From: a virus
Direction: 5' to 3' (one strand)
Virus record (IMG/VR): IMGVR_UViG_3300025015_000011
Span: 102,690 to 166,689 of that record
Length of the DNA: 64,000 bases
Position 1 is the first letter of the stretch. Every line of letters begins with the position of its first letter. The notes below the pieces were generated by a model. The model did not search any database. It was not told the origin of the DNA and saw only the letters and a program-made list of their open reading frames with translations. The position numbers and the translations under genes are program-made. This document shows positions 35,450 through 44,548 of the stretch, piece after piece.

Positions 35450-35934
35450 TTCGCCTCCTTAACGGCCTTGTTGAGTCTGCGGACATCACCAACCGTAATT
35501 GATGTCTTGTCCGAATCGTAGTAGATGATGAAGTCATCAGGAAGACTGTAATCGCCTTTGCACATCAGACTTACGAACGGTTCAGCCGCCTTCTCTATGG
35601 CATCGAGGCGGGATTGAAGTTCCTGAATCATTATATAGGACTCACCCCAATGAGCTTGCGTGTTGTCTGCAATCGCAGTAATATCTTTTTTGTCATCCTT
35701 CAGCTCCTCGTTCTCCTTCACCAGAAGGTCAATTTCCTCAAATAGCCTTTCAATATATTTCTTACCTATTGTACCTACCCATCTATGGTAGTCGTTTCTT
35801 ATTTTATTTAACTCTTCACTCAGCATCTTCCTCTCCTCCCAAAGTCTACTCTTGACAATTTCTGCGTTCGTCTTTAATGGAGGTGTGTATATCTTCAGTG
35901 GGCCAAAACTGATTTGCCGTTTCCATGATTGCAT
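35446..35934 (-). CDS. Hypothetical coiled-coil protein
   Basis: ORF track; C-term ITVGDVRR. Confidence 0.55.
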   Translation of the reverse strand: MQSWKRQISFGPLKIYTPPLKTNAEIVKSRLWEERKMLSEELNKIRNDYHRWVGTIGKKYIERLFEEIDLLVKENEELKDDKKDITAIADNTQAHWGESYIMIQELQSRLDAIEKAAEPFVSLMCKGDYSLPDDFIIYYDSDKTSITVGDVRRLNKAVKEAK

Positions 35935-36193
35935 TTACAAGTCTTAATTCTATATCTCTCCAATCAAACGCTTCGGCCTTTTGAACACTAAAACTATATT
36001 TATCTAGGCCAAGTTCCTGCACACCATCGATTCGATGTATCTGAGAAACAATGTCTTGACCAAAATCAGTCACACCCTCAAACTTTGTTCCGGGCCAGAA
36101 TGGAGAACGATAATTCCATTTAGTGCAAACCAGCTTTGTTACATTAAATGTCCTATAAGATTCATTTGGATGATAGACAGTTACAATTTTCAT
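35846..36193 (-). CDS. Hypothetical protein, possibly NifU-N-like scaffold fold
   Basis: HPN...F.V...IHRIDGVQEL...FSVQKAEAFDW. Confidence 0.45.
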   Translation of the reverse strand: MKIVTVYHPNESYRTFNVTKLVCTKWNYRSPFWPGTKFEGVTDFGQDIVSQIHRIDGVQELGLDKYSFSVQKAEAFDWRDIELRLVNAIMETANQFWPTEDIHTSIKDERRNCQE

Positions 36194-36275
36194 TTTTATT
36201 CTCCTTTAGTTTGTGCCTGCATTTTGCCACAAAGAACCACAACAACTTTGACATCCTCCCCAACTGGTTCAGGGG

Positions 36276-37166
36276 TTACTTCTCCGCTATCATCTTGGTG
36301 AAGTTCTTCTGAGCATTGACCTGCTTTGCATAATTTTTAATTAAAAACGTTGTATAATAAGTAAGGATATTGAAAGCGACCCAGCTTGAGAATTGCTTCT
36401 TGAGCGCAAACCTTTCATTCTCTTCTAGCTCTTTACCTACTCTCTTGCCAAGGTTCTGTTCCATGAACTTGACAAAGGTATCTTTCTTCATCTGCTTCTT
36501 TTCATACACTGAGAAGATATTATCCATGAACCTCTTCTCAAATATCTTCATCAGGAATTTACCTGTCTCTTCATTGAACCTTTCAGTAACATCACCAAAA
36601 TGTCTGAATGAAAGCTTTTCTCTCAGGACTTCACCAAACAACATACCATTGGAACATATAAGCCTGAAAAGGTTGAATGATACTTCTGAACACCCTAGGA
36701 AGCTGTTTGTTACTGTTATCATGGGATAAAACTTATCATCCTTCCACTTATTAGAATCAACATATGATGGTGTCTGTGGCATATTCAATTCAAAAGGAAC
36801 CTGCTCCATTGTAAAGGGCTTGTCCAAGATGATTGAAGTCCTGAGCACTGAGTGCTCAGCATTAGCTGTATAGCTCTGTATCTTGAGGTTTTCATTGAAA
36901 GACTTTAGTTCATCTATAACCCTTGTAAGGGTGGCTCGGTGGTCAAGCTCTTGATATCTGTCTGACTTTACCTGCTTGATGGGAATGATTCTGCCATCAT
37001 CAAACTTGTTTACATAGCCATGAAAAGGTGTCTCAATTTTTTGAGCTGATGGAAGCTCAAACAAAACCTTAGTTTTTTCTATTACAGGAACATTGACAAG
37101 GACTTCATCTGGGGTTATAGCTGTATTAAAATTAAATACCTGGCGATTTAAACGGCTCATATTCAA
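36276..37166 (-). CDS. DUF932/DUF945-like protein
   Basis: KSDRYQELDH, NSF.G, FRLICSNGM, RH, WVAFNILT. Confidence 0.7.
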   Translation of the reverse strand: MNMSRLNRQVFNFNTAITPDEVLVNVPVIEKTKVLFELPSAQKIETPFHGYVNKFDDGRIIPIKQVKSDRYQELDHRATLTRVIDELKSFNENLKIQSYTANAEHSVLRTSIILDKPFTMEQVPFELNMPQTPSYVDSNKWKDDKFYPMITVTNSFLGCSEVSFNLFRLICSNGMLFGEVLREKLSFRHFGDVTERFNEETGKFLMKIFEKRFMDNIFSVYEKKQMKKDTFVKFMEQNLGKRVGKELEENERFALKKQFSSWVAFNILTYYTTFLIKNYAKQVNAQKNFTKMIAEK

Positions 37167-37190
37167 TCTCCTTCACAATTTGATTGTTTT

Positions 37191-37218
37191 ATTATATCAG
37201 AAAAAAATTATTTGTCAA
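37191..37218 (-). promoter_or_regulatory. Sigma70-type early promoter
   Basis: TTGACA-16 bp-TATAAT with TG extension. Confidence 0.65.
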
Positions 37219-37421
37219 GTATTTTCATCAAGGTTTATTATCACTGTTTTGAGGACTTCTTCATTTTTAATGGCGGCTCTTTCTTTCGGCCATATATCAA
37301 ATATCAGCTTCAGACCATCATCATGTTCTTCCAAGGATACTATGATAAATCGGTCTCCCCCACTTTTGTGAGTGAAATGATATTCCCCTTCAATTGCTTT
37401 AAGGTCTTTAATACTCATCAT
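37215..37421 (-). CDS. Hypothetical protein
   Basis: AGGAG RBS; N-terminus duplicated in upstream ORF. Confidence 0.55.
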   Translation of the reverse strand: MMSIKDLKAIEGEYHFTHKSGGDRFIIVSLEEHDDGLKLIFDIWPKERAAIKNEEVLKTVIINLDENT

Positions 37422-37438
37422 ATTATCTCCTTTTAAAT

Positions 37439-37654
37439 TTAATACAAATCCTCATCAAGATTGATTGGCCAATCAAATGATTTATCAAACCATAACTTCC
37501 AATATGCTGCTTTTTGCCGACCTGTGCTAACAGTGACCCGACCCTTCAAGCACCATGAAAAAATTAAGCTCGCTTGAAAACTGTTAATATCACAGACATA
37601 TTCATTCCTCTCCTCAATTGCTTTAGGGTCTCTAATACTCATCATATTTATCAT
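37439..37654 (-). CDS. Hypothetical protein
   Basis: Shares MMSI[KR]D.KAIE with the downstream ORF. Confidence 0.5.
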   Translation of the reverse strand: MINMMSIRDPKAIEERNEYVCDINSFQASLIFSWCLKGRVTVSTGRQKAAYWKLWFDKSFDWPINLDEDLY

Positions 37655-38508
37655 TACTTTTCCTCCTTCATCAGTTCTTCCATGAAATCACCCAGCTTTT
37701 TTGTCTGCTCTGCTGTTAAGGACCTTCTAATGGAAACATTGTAATCCTCCCCATTATGACTCTTGAACCCTATGCCTTTATATATGAAGGAACAATTGGT
37801 TATATCATACTCATCTTCAGCCATCATTTTGGCTGTCCGACCTTGATAATATTCAGCATCACCAAAATTCTCTAATATAAGCGTACTAGCTGATTTTTTG
37901 GCATTGGCCTCTTTAATTCTTTCTTCTTTTTCTGTTTTTATTGCTGTAAAGATTTCTGTACATTTCTTGTGCAGGCCTTTAGCAAGACCATTTACACCAA
38001 AATCCTTCTTCAGGCGATTAGCATTATGTATGTAATTTGAAGATGATATCCTGAGAGCATATGTTGAATTTCTGCCCCAGGCTGACACAGCCGACTTAGA
38101 AATTACTTCCCTGAAAATCTCAACTTCTTCATTTCCATCTTTCCTGAGAATTCTGATATAAATATCACCACCCCAACTTTTTTCAGTAATCCTAAGGACA
38201 TAAACATTTTCAAGTGCATTAAGGTCTGCTAACAGATTGTACCACTTGTTGAGAAGGCTGTCTGTTGCTATCCTTTCACCTACAAGCATATGACATTCCG
38301 GACAAATAGCTTCATTATTCTTGAGCTTCATCCAATTTGTTTCTTTACTGCAAACTACACAATATTGAGTATTAAGAGCTTTGATGTATTCTGCTTCATC
38401 AATCTTCTTCTGTTCATATGTGAGCATCTTCTCATGAAGGGCTTTGATAGCAGGTCTGTTTAATTCCTTTACAGCCTTTTCAACCTGTTCTATTGATATA
38501 AGGGTCAT
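37654..38508 (-). CDS. Hypothetical early protein with Zn ribbon
   Basis: CVVC...CPEC; GGAGG RBS; strong promoter upstream. Confidence 0.7.
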   Translation of the reverse strand: MTLISIEQVEKAVKELNRPAIKALHEKMLTYEQKKIDEAEYIKALNTQYCVVCSKETNWMKLKNNEAICPECHMLVGERIATDSLLNKWYNLLADLNALENVYVLRITEKSWGGDIYIRILRKDGNEEVEIFREVISKSAVSAWGRNSTYALRISSSNYIHNANRLKKDFGVNGLAKGLHKKCTEIFTAIKTEKEERIKEANAKKSASTLILENFGDAEYYQGRTAKMMAEDEYDITNCSFIYKGIGFKSHNGEDYNVSIRRSLTAEQTKKLGDFMEELMKEEK

Positions 38509-38542
38509 TTTATTCCTCCTTCAATCATCAATTTATGTATTA

Positions 38543-38571
38543 ATTATATCATCTTAGGAATTGTTTGTCAA
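38543..38571 (-). promoter_or_regulatory. Sigma70-consensus early promoter
   Basis: TTGACA-17 bp-TATAAT; shares TTCTTGACAAACAATTC with the 8803 promoter. Confidence 0.85.
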
Positions 38572-38595
38572 GAATAATTTGTACTAAATAGTACA

Positions 38596-38627
38596 AAAAT
38601 CTGCTACCTGGAATAATAGCAGATTTT
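38596..38627 (-). terminator. Probable intrinsic terminator
   Basis: AAAATCTGCTA/TAGCAGATTTT stem downstream of the resolvase. Confidence 0.55.
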
Positions 38628-38642
38628 CATTTGTCAAGCAAA

Positions 38643-39164
38643 TTATACCTTAAATTTCCATAATAAATCTATATCAGTTACTACCAATGTTTCCCATTTT
38701 ATATTATGTATCATCAATTTGTTCATGCCTGAAAAATCACTACAGCTAAGGATATCTTTATTTGTTAAATCAGAAAGAACATCATCACTGGTGCAAAGGA
38801 AATCCCCTTTCCTATTTATCCTGAAAATAATCAAAGGATGTCTATTTGACCTTAAAGCATCATCACTGGCTTGCTTCCACCAATCATATAGAATAAACTT
38901 CTCTTTATTGAAATGTAAAAAATCAATAGCTTTATAATTTTTCAGTTCAAGAGAAAATGTTGAAAAGAACTTTTCTGCTTCAGGCCTTGTAGCACATAAG
39001 TCACCACAATGAGTATCACTTTTATTTACTGTGGCTCGGCCACCACTATTGCTTGTGCGCCAGCAGGCGTCTGTTCTTTGACCACCTGTCAAAAACAAAC
39101 TAATTTTCTTTGCATATTCTCGCTCAAAGGAATTACCTTTAGATTTTCCCCCACCTCTTTTCAT
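38643..39164 (-). CDS. Holliday junction resolvase-like PD-(D/E)xK nuclease
   Basis: KSKGNSFERE...SGG...GDL...LELKNY. Confidence 0.8.
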   Translation of the reverse strand: MKRGGGKSKGNSFEREYAKKISLFLTGGQRTDACWRTSNSGGRATVNKSDTHCGDLCATRPEAEKFFSTFSLELKNYKAIDFLHFNKEKFILYDWWKQASDDALRSNRHPLIIFRINRKGDFLCTSDDVLSDLTNKDILSCSDFSGMNKLMIHNIKWETLVVTDIDLLWKFKV

Positions 39165-39784
39165 GGCTTAACACCCACAGCCCAAAGTGTAGCAAATCCA
39201 GATATATTCGCAAAAGACATTTCTACTTCATCAAAACCAGTTCGTATTAAAGTATTATAAAGGTCTGAACCAGTCCAAGAATAATAATGATGTTTATGTT
39301 TACTTTTACAATCATTAGAAGGTATATACATTTGAAAAGGTAAAGCAGTTGATTCTAAATGACCACCATCAGGCACACAAAGGATAATTCTATCGCCTGA
39401 TTTTAAATTTTCAAATAAATCAAGTAACACTTCTTTTGGATATTGCAAATGTTCTAATACATGAGATAATATAAAAGTATTACCCTTTAAATGTAAATCA
39501 TACAAATTCATTAAATCAAATACTTCTACTTCATTAAATGATTTGATATAATCATAAAAGTATTTAGCCCCCAACTTCTTACCTATATAGCCATTACCAC
39601 ATCCCAGGTCTGTTATCTCACCAAAACATCTTTGTTTAGCCCAAGCACTAAAAGCATCATAAGATGGTTCAACATACTTCCAAATGTCTTCCATCCAATC
39701 ATAATAATTTGAATCTACTGCTAAGTCTTTCTTAGGTAAATCTTTAATACGATGATATAAGTTAGGCAAAATAAATGGTATCAT
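39161..39784 (-). CDS. Class I SAM-dependent methyltransferase
   Basis: DLGCGNG, SHVLEHLQYP, LKSG..IILCVP. Confidence 0.85.
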   Translation of the reverse strand: MIPFILPNLYHRIKDLPKKDLAVDSNYYDWMEDIWKYVEPSYDAFSAWAKQRCFGEITDLGCGNGYIGKKLGAKYFYDYIKSFNEVEVFDLMNLYDLHLKGNTFILSHVLEHLQYPKEVLLDLFENLKSGDRIILCVPDGGHLESTALPFQMYIPSNDCKSKHKHHYYSWTGSDLYNTLIRTGFDEVEMSFANISGFATLWAVGVKP

Positions 39785-40137
39785 GGTTTCCAGTTCTTTA
39801 ATTTTTCTCGACCTTCTTGCAGTGCTTCAATAAAATCATCAATTGACTTTGTATCAGCCCAAAGGAAATCTGTTTGGGTTTCTATTTTACCAAACACTAA
39901 CATTCTTACTGCTTTCTTAATTCTGAACCATGGCTTTTCCCACCAAGGCATAGCAGTATAATAATCATCTAATTGCAAGTCAGCATAAAATATCATTTGG
40001 ACAGTTCTTGTTTCTTCATCATATTCCAGTTCAACTGTCTTGGTATGTTCATCCTCCATACAGTCACAACCTATCTTATAGAAGATAGAATTATCAAATT
40101 CTCTGCTTAGCATTACATTCTTATAAATTCTATTCAT
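39781..40137 (-). CDS. Hypothetical protein
   Basis: CDC...H; W..RIKKA motif. Confidence 0.6.
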   Translation of the reverse strand: MNRIYKNVMLSREFDNSIFYKIGCDCMEDEHTKTVELEYDEETRTVQMIFYADLQLDDYYTAMPWWEKPWFRIKKAVRMLVFGKIETQTDFLWADTKSIDDFIEALQEGREKLKNWKP

Positions 40138-40139
40138 GT

Positions 40140-40865
40140 TTATTCACTAACCACAGTAGGGGCAATATAATACCTGAGAAGTTCCATATTTGGATCTTGA
40201 ACATTAAACTCAAACATCTTCTCATGGATGTTTATTATAAGTTCTTCCCCCTCTGGGATTATATTCAACTTATCTATGTTAAGACAAACACTGAAATCTT
40301 CAACACCTGACTTAAGAAGTTCTTCCTTAACCATGTGAGAATGAAAATGTTTATCACTAACTATATATGATACTACACCATCCTTACCTTCAAACTTAAG
40401 AACCTTAACACTAAGAGAAGATGCTATTGTTTTAATCTTCTTCAGGAAGTCCTTATCTAACTTAAGTGATATTAAAAATTCAACCTTTGACTTTGGGCCC
40501 TCTGGACCTTCTGCAATCAGCGCCATATCTGAAAGGTTATATTTTACTTCAACCTTGGGATTGGCAACATAATTAATAGACATTTTGTTATCTTCTATAT
40601 CACATTTGACACCATCTTTTGAACCAAACATTTCAAGGGTGGTCAGGAATTCTGATAGCTTATATATTCCAAACTTTTCCTGTTCCTTAGGAATTGAAAC
40701 TATCTCAGAATTCCACTTCATATTAACAATCTGTGTCCCATCTGCCTGCTTCACATTAACAGCCATCTTACCTGCACTGTTTGAAAATATTACAGACTCA
40801 ATCCCACCATTCTTCAAAGCCTTTAGTGCATAAGTAAAACCATCAAGATTCTTAACTTCTATCAT
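40140..40865 (-). CDS. gp45: Sliding clamp
   Basis: FGIYKLSEFL, C-terminal YYIA; size and context. Confidence 0.8.
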   Translation of the reverse strand: MIEVKNLDGFTYALKALKNGGIESVIFSNSAGKMAVNVKQADGTQIVNMKWNSEIVSIPKEQEKFGIYKLSEFLTTLEMFGSKDGVKCDIEDNKMSINYVANPKVEVKYNLSDMALIAEGPEGPKSKVEFLISLKLDKDFLKKIKTIASSLSVKVLKFEGKDGVVSYIVSDKHFHSHMVKEELLKSGVEDFSVCLNIDKLNIIPEGEELIINIHEKMFEFNVQDPNMELLRYYIAPTVVSE

Positions 40866-40975
40866 TTCATTTCTCCTTTATTATAATACTGCCTTTTCGA
40901 TTAGTTCTACATAAATATAATCAAGGTTATCTATTTCAAAATATTCTTCCCCAAACCCATTATCTCTTAATTCAT

Positions 40976-42007
40976 TTAACCCCTCAGTTTTAGTTTGATT
41001 AAATCTGATGCTTTATCTATTATATTATTTAATATCACTTCTGTTATTTGTTCTGAGGTCAGACCTTTTTTCATAACAACATCATTTATATCTTTGCAGT
41101 CAGACCAATCTGATACCCAATTAAAACATTTTTCCCCAGCTTTTACAAATTTAAATATGTTTCTCTTTCCGGCCTCATCTTTATAATAATTATCAAACAC
41201 CCATATTCTATTTGAAAATTTATTCTTTATCAGCTTAGCAGCATCACTTGATGCTGATATAGTACCAGAGGTTGCTATTGCATTAGGTAAAAAGAAACTA
41301 TCAATGGGGCCTTCTAAAATAAATACCAATTCATTCTTCTTAGTTGAGAAGTAATTGTATATTTTTGTTTTATTCTCTTCTTTTATAGTTATATACTTTG
41401 GTTCATGCCCTTCTTGTAATGCTCTGGCTTGAAAGGTATATACTTTATCTCCACAAAAATATGGTATGATTATTCTGTTTTTTAAATAATACTTTGGTAT
41501 TAATGTTTGTGGGTCTAAATAATTCCCAAAGCAAACACTCATTTCTTTTATCTTCTCGATAGGAATACTCCTACTCTTCAAATACCTTAGTGCTTTAAGT
41601 TGAAGGGTTTTCTTTACTATACCATTAACTGTACTATATATGGGGAAGGAAATATTTTCATAAATGTATTTTAAATCCTGAACTATCAGGTCTTCATCAT
41701 TTGGTAATTCAGTAGCTTTAGTAGCACCAAGAACTGATTTAAACATCTTTGAACCAAATGTTTTTATATATTTAAAATACACTTCTGAATAATATTCCTT
41801 TAAGAATTTCTGAAAGCTCATGTTAGCAGAGCAATTGAAACAATAATATTGAGCCCTATCTTCTGATAACAAAACCCAGCCTCTTTTCTTCTTAATGGAC
41901 CGTTTAGAATCTCCACAAATAAGACAAGAAAAATTTACCCCTTTAGAAGATTCCTTAAAAGAAACCCCAATCTCAGTGAGAATATCAAGAGCTATTTGTT
42001 TATCCAT
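40976..42007 (-). CDS. gp61: DNA primase
   Basis: CLICGDS...YCFNC Zn finger; RIIIP, FQAR, EGPIDS, FDN, KDIND. Confidence 0.95.
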   Translation of the reverse strand: MDKQIALDILTEIGVSFKESSKGVNFSCLICGDSKRSIKKKRGWVLLSEDRAQYYCFNCSANMSFQKFLKEYYSEVYFKYIKTFGSKMFKSVLGATKATELPNDEDLIVQDLKYIYENISFPIYSTVNGIVKKTLQLKALRYLKSRSIPIEKIKEMSVCFGNYLDPQTLIPKYYLKNRIIIPYFCGDKVYTFQARALQEGHEPKYITIKEENKTKIYNYFSTKKNELVFILEGPIDSFFLPNAIATSGTISASSDAAKLIKNKFSNRIWVFDNYYKDEAGKRNIFKFVKAGEKCFNWVSDWSDCKDINDVVMKKGLTSEQITEVILNNIIDKASDLIKLKLRG

Positions 42008-42453
42008 TAACGAATATAATCTTTATTATAATGCTCTTTTATTTCCTGTGTTTCGTTTATAACTTCTTTTTCATAAGGGAAAACAATCCAATCATCTGTT
42101 TCTAATACCCTTTGAACATAATCAGGATTAAACTTAGAAGAATGTCTTCTGTACAAACAACCAAACCTTATTTGATATGGTCTGTACTGTTCAGAAAGAA
42201 TTGAAAATGTACTGCCACTCTCACATACATCATCAACGACAAGAAGCCAGTTTTTATCTTCCCAATATGAAAGGAAAGGTGGATTATGAAGATATGGTAA
42301 ATCTAGTTTATGTGAAACAACTTGAGCTAAAAACAATCCACCTCTTGGCTTGCCGTGAACACCAGCACACTTTCCAAAATAGAAATGATTTTTCAGTCCT
42401 TCAACAAACTTTTCAATATCATTATAATATTCCTCAATGGATAATTTTATCAT
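42007..42453 (-). CDS. Type I phosphoribosyltransferase (purine PRT-like)
   Basis: PRGG, LVVDDVCESGST PRPP loop, WIVFPYE. Confidence 0.88.
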   Translation of the reverse strand: MIKLSIEEYYNDIEKFVEGLKNHFYFGKCAGVHGKPRGGLFLAQVVSHKLDLPYLHNPPFLSYWEDKNWLLVVDDVCESGSTFSILSEQYRPYQIRFGCLYRRHSSKFNPDYVQRVLETDDWIVFPYEKEVINETQEIKEHYNKDYIR

Positions 42454-42842
42454 TTGTAACCCTCTTCTTTTAATTCATTAAGCCTTTCCTTTAAACCATA
42501 CCTTTCAACATAATCCGATAAATATGGTCTTGAGATAAGAGCTTCTATCGTTGTTTCTTCTGGTTGCCATTGACTGTTTCCATCATCTCCCCAGCTGCTA
42601 CTACCTAAACCATAACAAGAACAATGAGAACCATTTACTTCGTATAATTTACCTTTCCTTTCAAAAAGAACAAATGCAGTCCCTTGATAATCCTCAGAAT
42701 TATATGAAGCAAACAATATTTTACAACCTCTCAATGCTGTTGAAGATATATCAAAATCTCCAATGATACCTTCTTTATTTGACCATTCACCATGGAATAT
42801 TTTATTTTCCATTATTCTTCTCCCACTCAAGTATTTTTTCAA
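42450..42842 (-). CDS. Conserved hypothetical phage protein
   Basis: ILFASY...Y.G.AFVLF...LYEVNGSHCSCYGL. Confidence 0.65.
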   Translation of the reverse strand: MKKYLSGRRIMENKIFHGEWSNKEGIIGDFDISSTALRGCKILFASYNSEDYQGTAFVLFERKGKLYEVNGSHCSCYGLGSSSWGDDGNSQWQPEETTIEALISRPYLSDYVERYGLKERLNELKEEGYK

Positions 42843-43437
42843 GCTCTGACTGTATTATTGATTTTAGTTTAACCAACCTTTGTTCATGTACTTTCATTTC
42901 TATATACTCTTTATGAAGTAACATTTTTAATTTCTTATTATCAATATCACATCTGTCTAATGCTTTCAAGTATAATATAACCTCAAAGGGTATTTCTTTA
43001 TCAGCTATATAATGTTGTATGATTAAAGGAACATATCTTTTCTGAAGGGCCAAATACTGTTTAAAGCTAATACCATTTTCTTTTAAATATGATATTACCT
43101 TATTAGCAAAAAGGTATTGTAATTCAACCTTAGATCCCTTCATTTTGTACTTCTTCCAAGATTCTATATGTTGTCCAAGGTTATTAAAATAAATAGGATA
43201 ATTATTAGTGAAACAATAACTAAAATATTCATTTATCTCTCCAATATTATCATTGAAATTAATATATCTATTCTTATTTAAAAATTGCTCTATAGATATT
43301 TCTATTGACTTATCTTTTATTTGCTTTGCTGTTTTCCAGATAAAATTAGAAAAGTGATTTGGTTTATACAAAGATTGAACTTTATAATATAGTTTAAATA
43401 TTGATAAAGGTCCTATTCCTGTTTTTCTGTAAACCAT
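42802..43437 (-). CDS. Possible helicase loader (gp59-like)
   Basis: Size ~210 aa, aromatic/basic composition, I.FE motif, replication context. Confidence 0.45.
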   Translation of the reverse strand: MVYRKTGIGPLSIFKLYYKVQSLYKPNHFSNFIWKTAKQIKDKSIEISIEQFLNKNRYINFNDNIGEINEYFSYCFTNNYPIYFNNLGQHIESWKKYKMKGSKVELQYLFANKVISYLKENGISFKQYLALQKRYVPLIIQHYIADKEIPFEVILYLKALDRCDIDNKKLKMLLHKEYIEMKVHEQRLVKLKSIIQSELEKILEWEKNNGK

Positions 43438-43763
43438 TAAAAGAACTCATTAAAGGATTCAGAATTACTTTCTTTATCAATAGAACTTTTAATTTTCTTC
43501 CAAACATCTGTTTTCTTCAACACAGGTACCATAGTTAATATATCAAGATTGAAAGCCTTACTCAATTCAATTACTGCAGTCCACACAGAACCCACTCTGG
43601 CTGAAAGCTTCTCGAAAAAGTATTCCACTACTTCTATAGAACTTTCATCAATTTCTTCTGAAGTAAGAATAACCATAATATCAAAAATTTCTTTTTCTGT
43701 AAAGATCTTCTTCAGTGTAGCTAAAAATAAAACATCAATATCTGGTTTCTTTTGTAACATCAT
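43437..43763 (-). CDS. Hypothetical protein (possibly gp33-like by position)
   Basis: Upstream of gp59-like gene; acidic C-term ..NEFF. Confidence 0.35.
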   Translation of the reverse strand: MMLQKKPDIDVLFLATLKKIFTEKEIFDIMVILTSEEIDESSIEVVEYFFEKLSARVGSVWTAVIELSKAFNLDILTMVPVLKKTDVWKKIKSSIDKESNSESFNEFF

Positions 43764-43793
43764 TTGGACCTAAACCTCTTTTGAAAATAAAAT

Positions 43794-43990
43794 TTAACAA
43801 GGGCAGGGATTTGACAGGAGGGTCGTTAACCGCTATCCCATGGTTCATAAAGCTGTTTACCTGTATAGTCACCCTGCATTGAGGAGTGAGCTGGCTATTT
43901 TAAGGAGACCTCCATCACTGGATTAACCCGAACTTAACGTTGCTCCTCTGCGTATCCTCTTTGCGTCTACCTATTCCGCCACCTTGTTAA
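43794..43990 (-). ncRNA. tRNA-Leu(UAA)-like RNA with multiple insertions
   Basis: Acceptor AACAAGG/CCTTGTT; D-arm GCGGAATAGGTAGACGC; GAGGA...CTTAAAA...TCCTC; GCAGGGT[56 nt]TCAAATCCCTGC; GC-rich intergenic. Confidence 0.65.
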
Positions 43991-43998
43991 TTTACTAC

Positions 43999-44196
43999 TT
44001 AGATTGCTGTCCTGAAATCTCCACCCTGGAGGGTCTTGACTGAGAACTTAATCTTTTCTTCGGTAACTACATTCTTGACCTTTGCTGAACCAGCTCGGAC
44101 ACCTTCAACAACAAAAACATTAGTGCCAGACTTCTTTTCCTTTGGTGTTACTCCTCTGACCTTTTCAAGCTTCATACCCTTTTCTACCTTACGCAT
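43999..44196 (-). CDS. Small basic protein
   Basis: AGGAG RBS. Confidence 0.55.
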   Translation of the reverse strand: MRKVEKGMKLEKVRGVTPKEKKSGTNVFVVEGVRAGSAKVKNVVTEEKIKFSVKTLQGGDFRTAI

Positions 44197-44221
44197 TTTG
44201 GACCATCTCCTTTTTTAATTT

Positions 44222-44548
44222 TTACTCGTCACACTCAATTAAATTGTAATACATTTCACCAGAATTTATCATTTCCTGATAACAGTTTTTATCTCTATCT
44301 TTTACTTTGACTGCACTTTCATCAATATCTTCCCACGACATATTATTACTAAACCAGTCTATTAGCTCACTTATCGACCCTAAACAATATGTATATTCAT
44401 CTTGCCATTCTTTTGTATCTTTATCAAAACCATCTATCTTTGTAGCATAATACATAGTCCTATCTTCTGCAATTATTTCTGCAGGAACATGGAATATTTC
44501 ACCATTTGGAAATTTAAATACTAAATACTTAACCCGTCTGCTTGACAT
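44222..44548 (-). CDS. Hypothetical protein
   Basis: VPAEIIAEDR..YY...DW..NNMSWED. Confidence 0.65.
   Translation of the reverse strand: MSSRRVKYLVFKFPNGEIFHVPAEIIAEDRTMYYATKIDGFDKDTKEWQDEYTYCLGSISELIDWFSNNMSWEDIDESAVKVKDRDKNCYQEMINSGEMYYNLIECDE

Noticed and set aside
43794-43990. tmRNA
   Set aside because: Has a full Leu-type D-arm, no G3-U70 Ala identity, and is too short, with no evident tag reading frame
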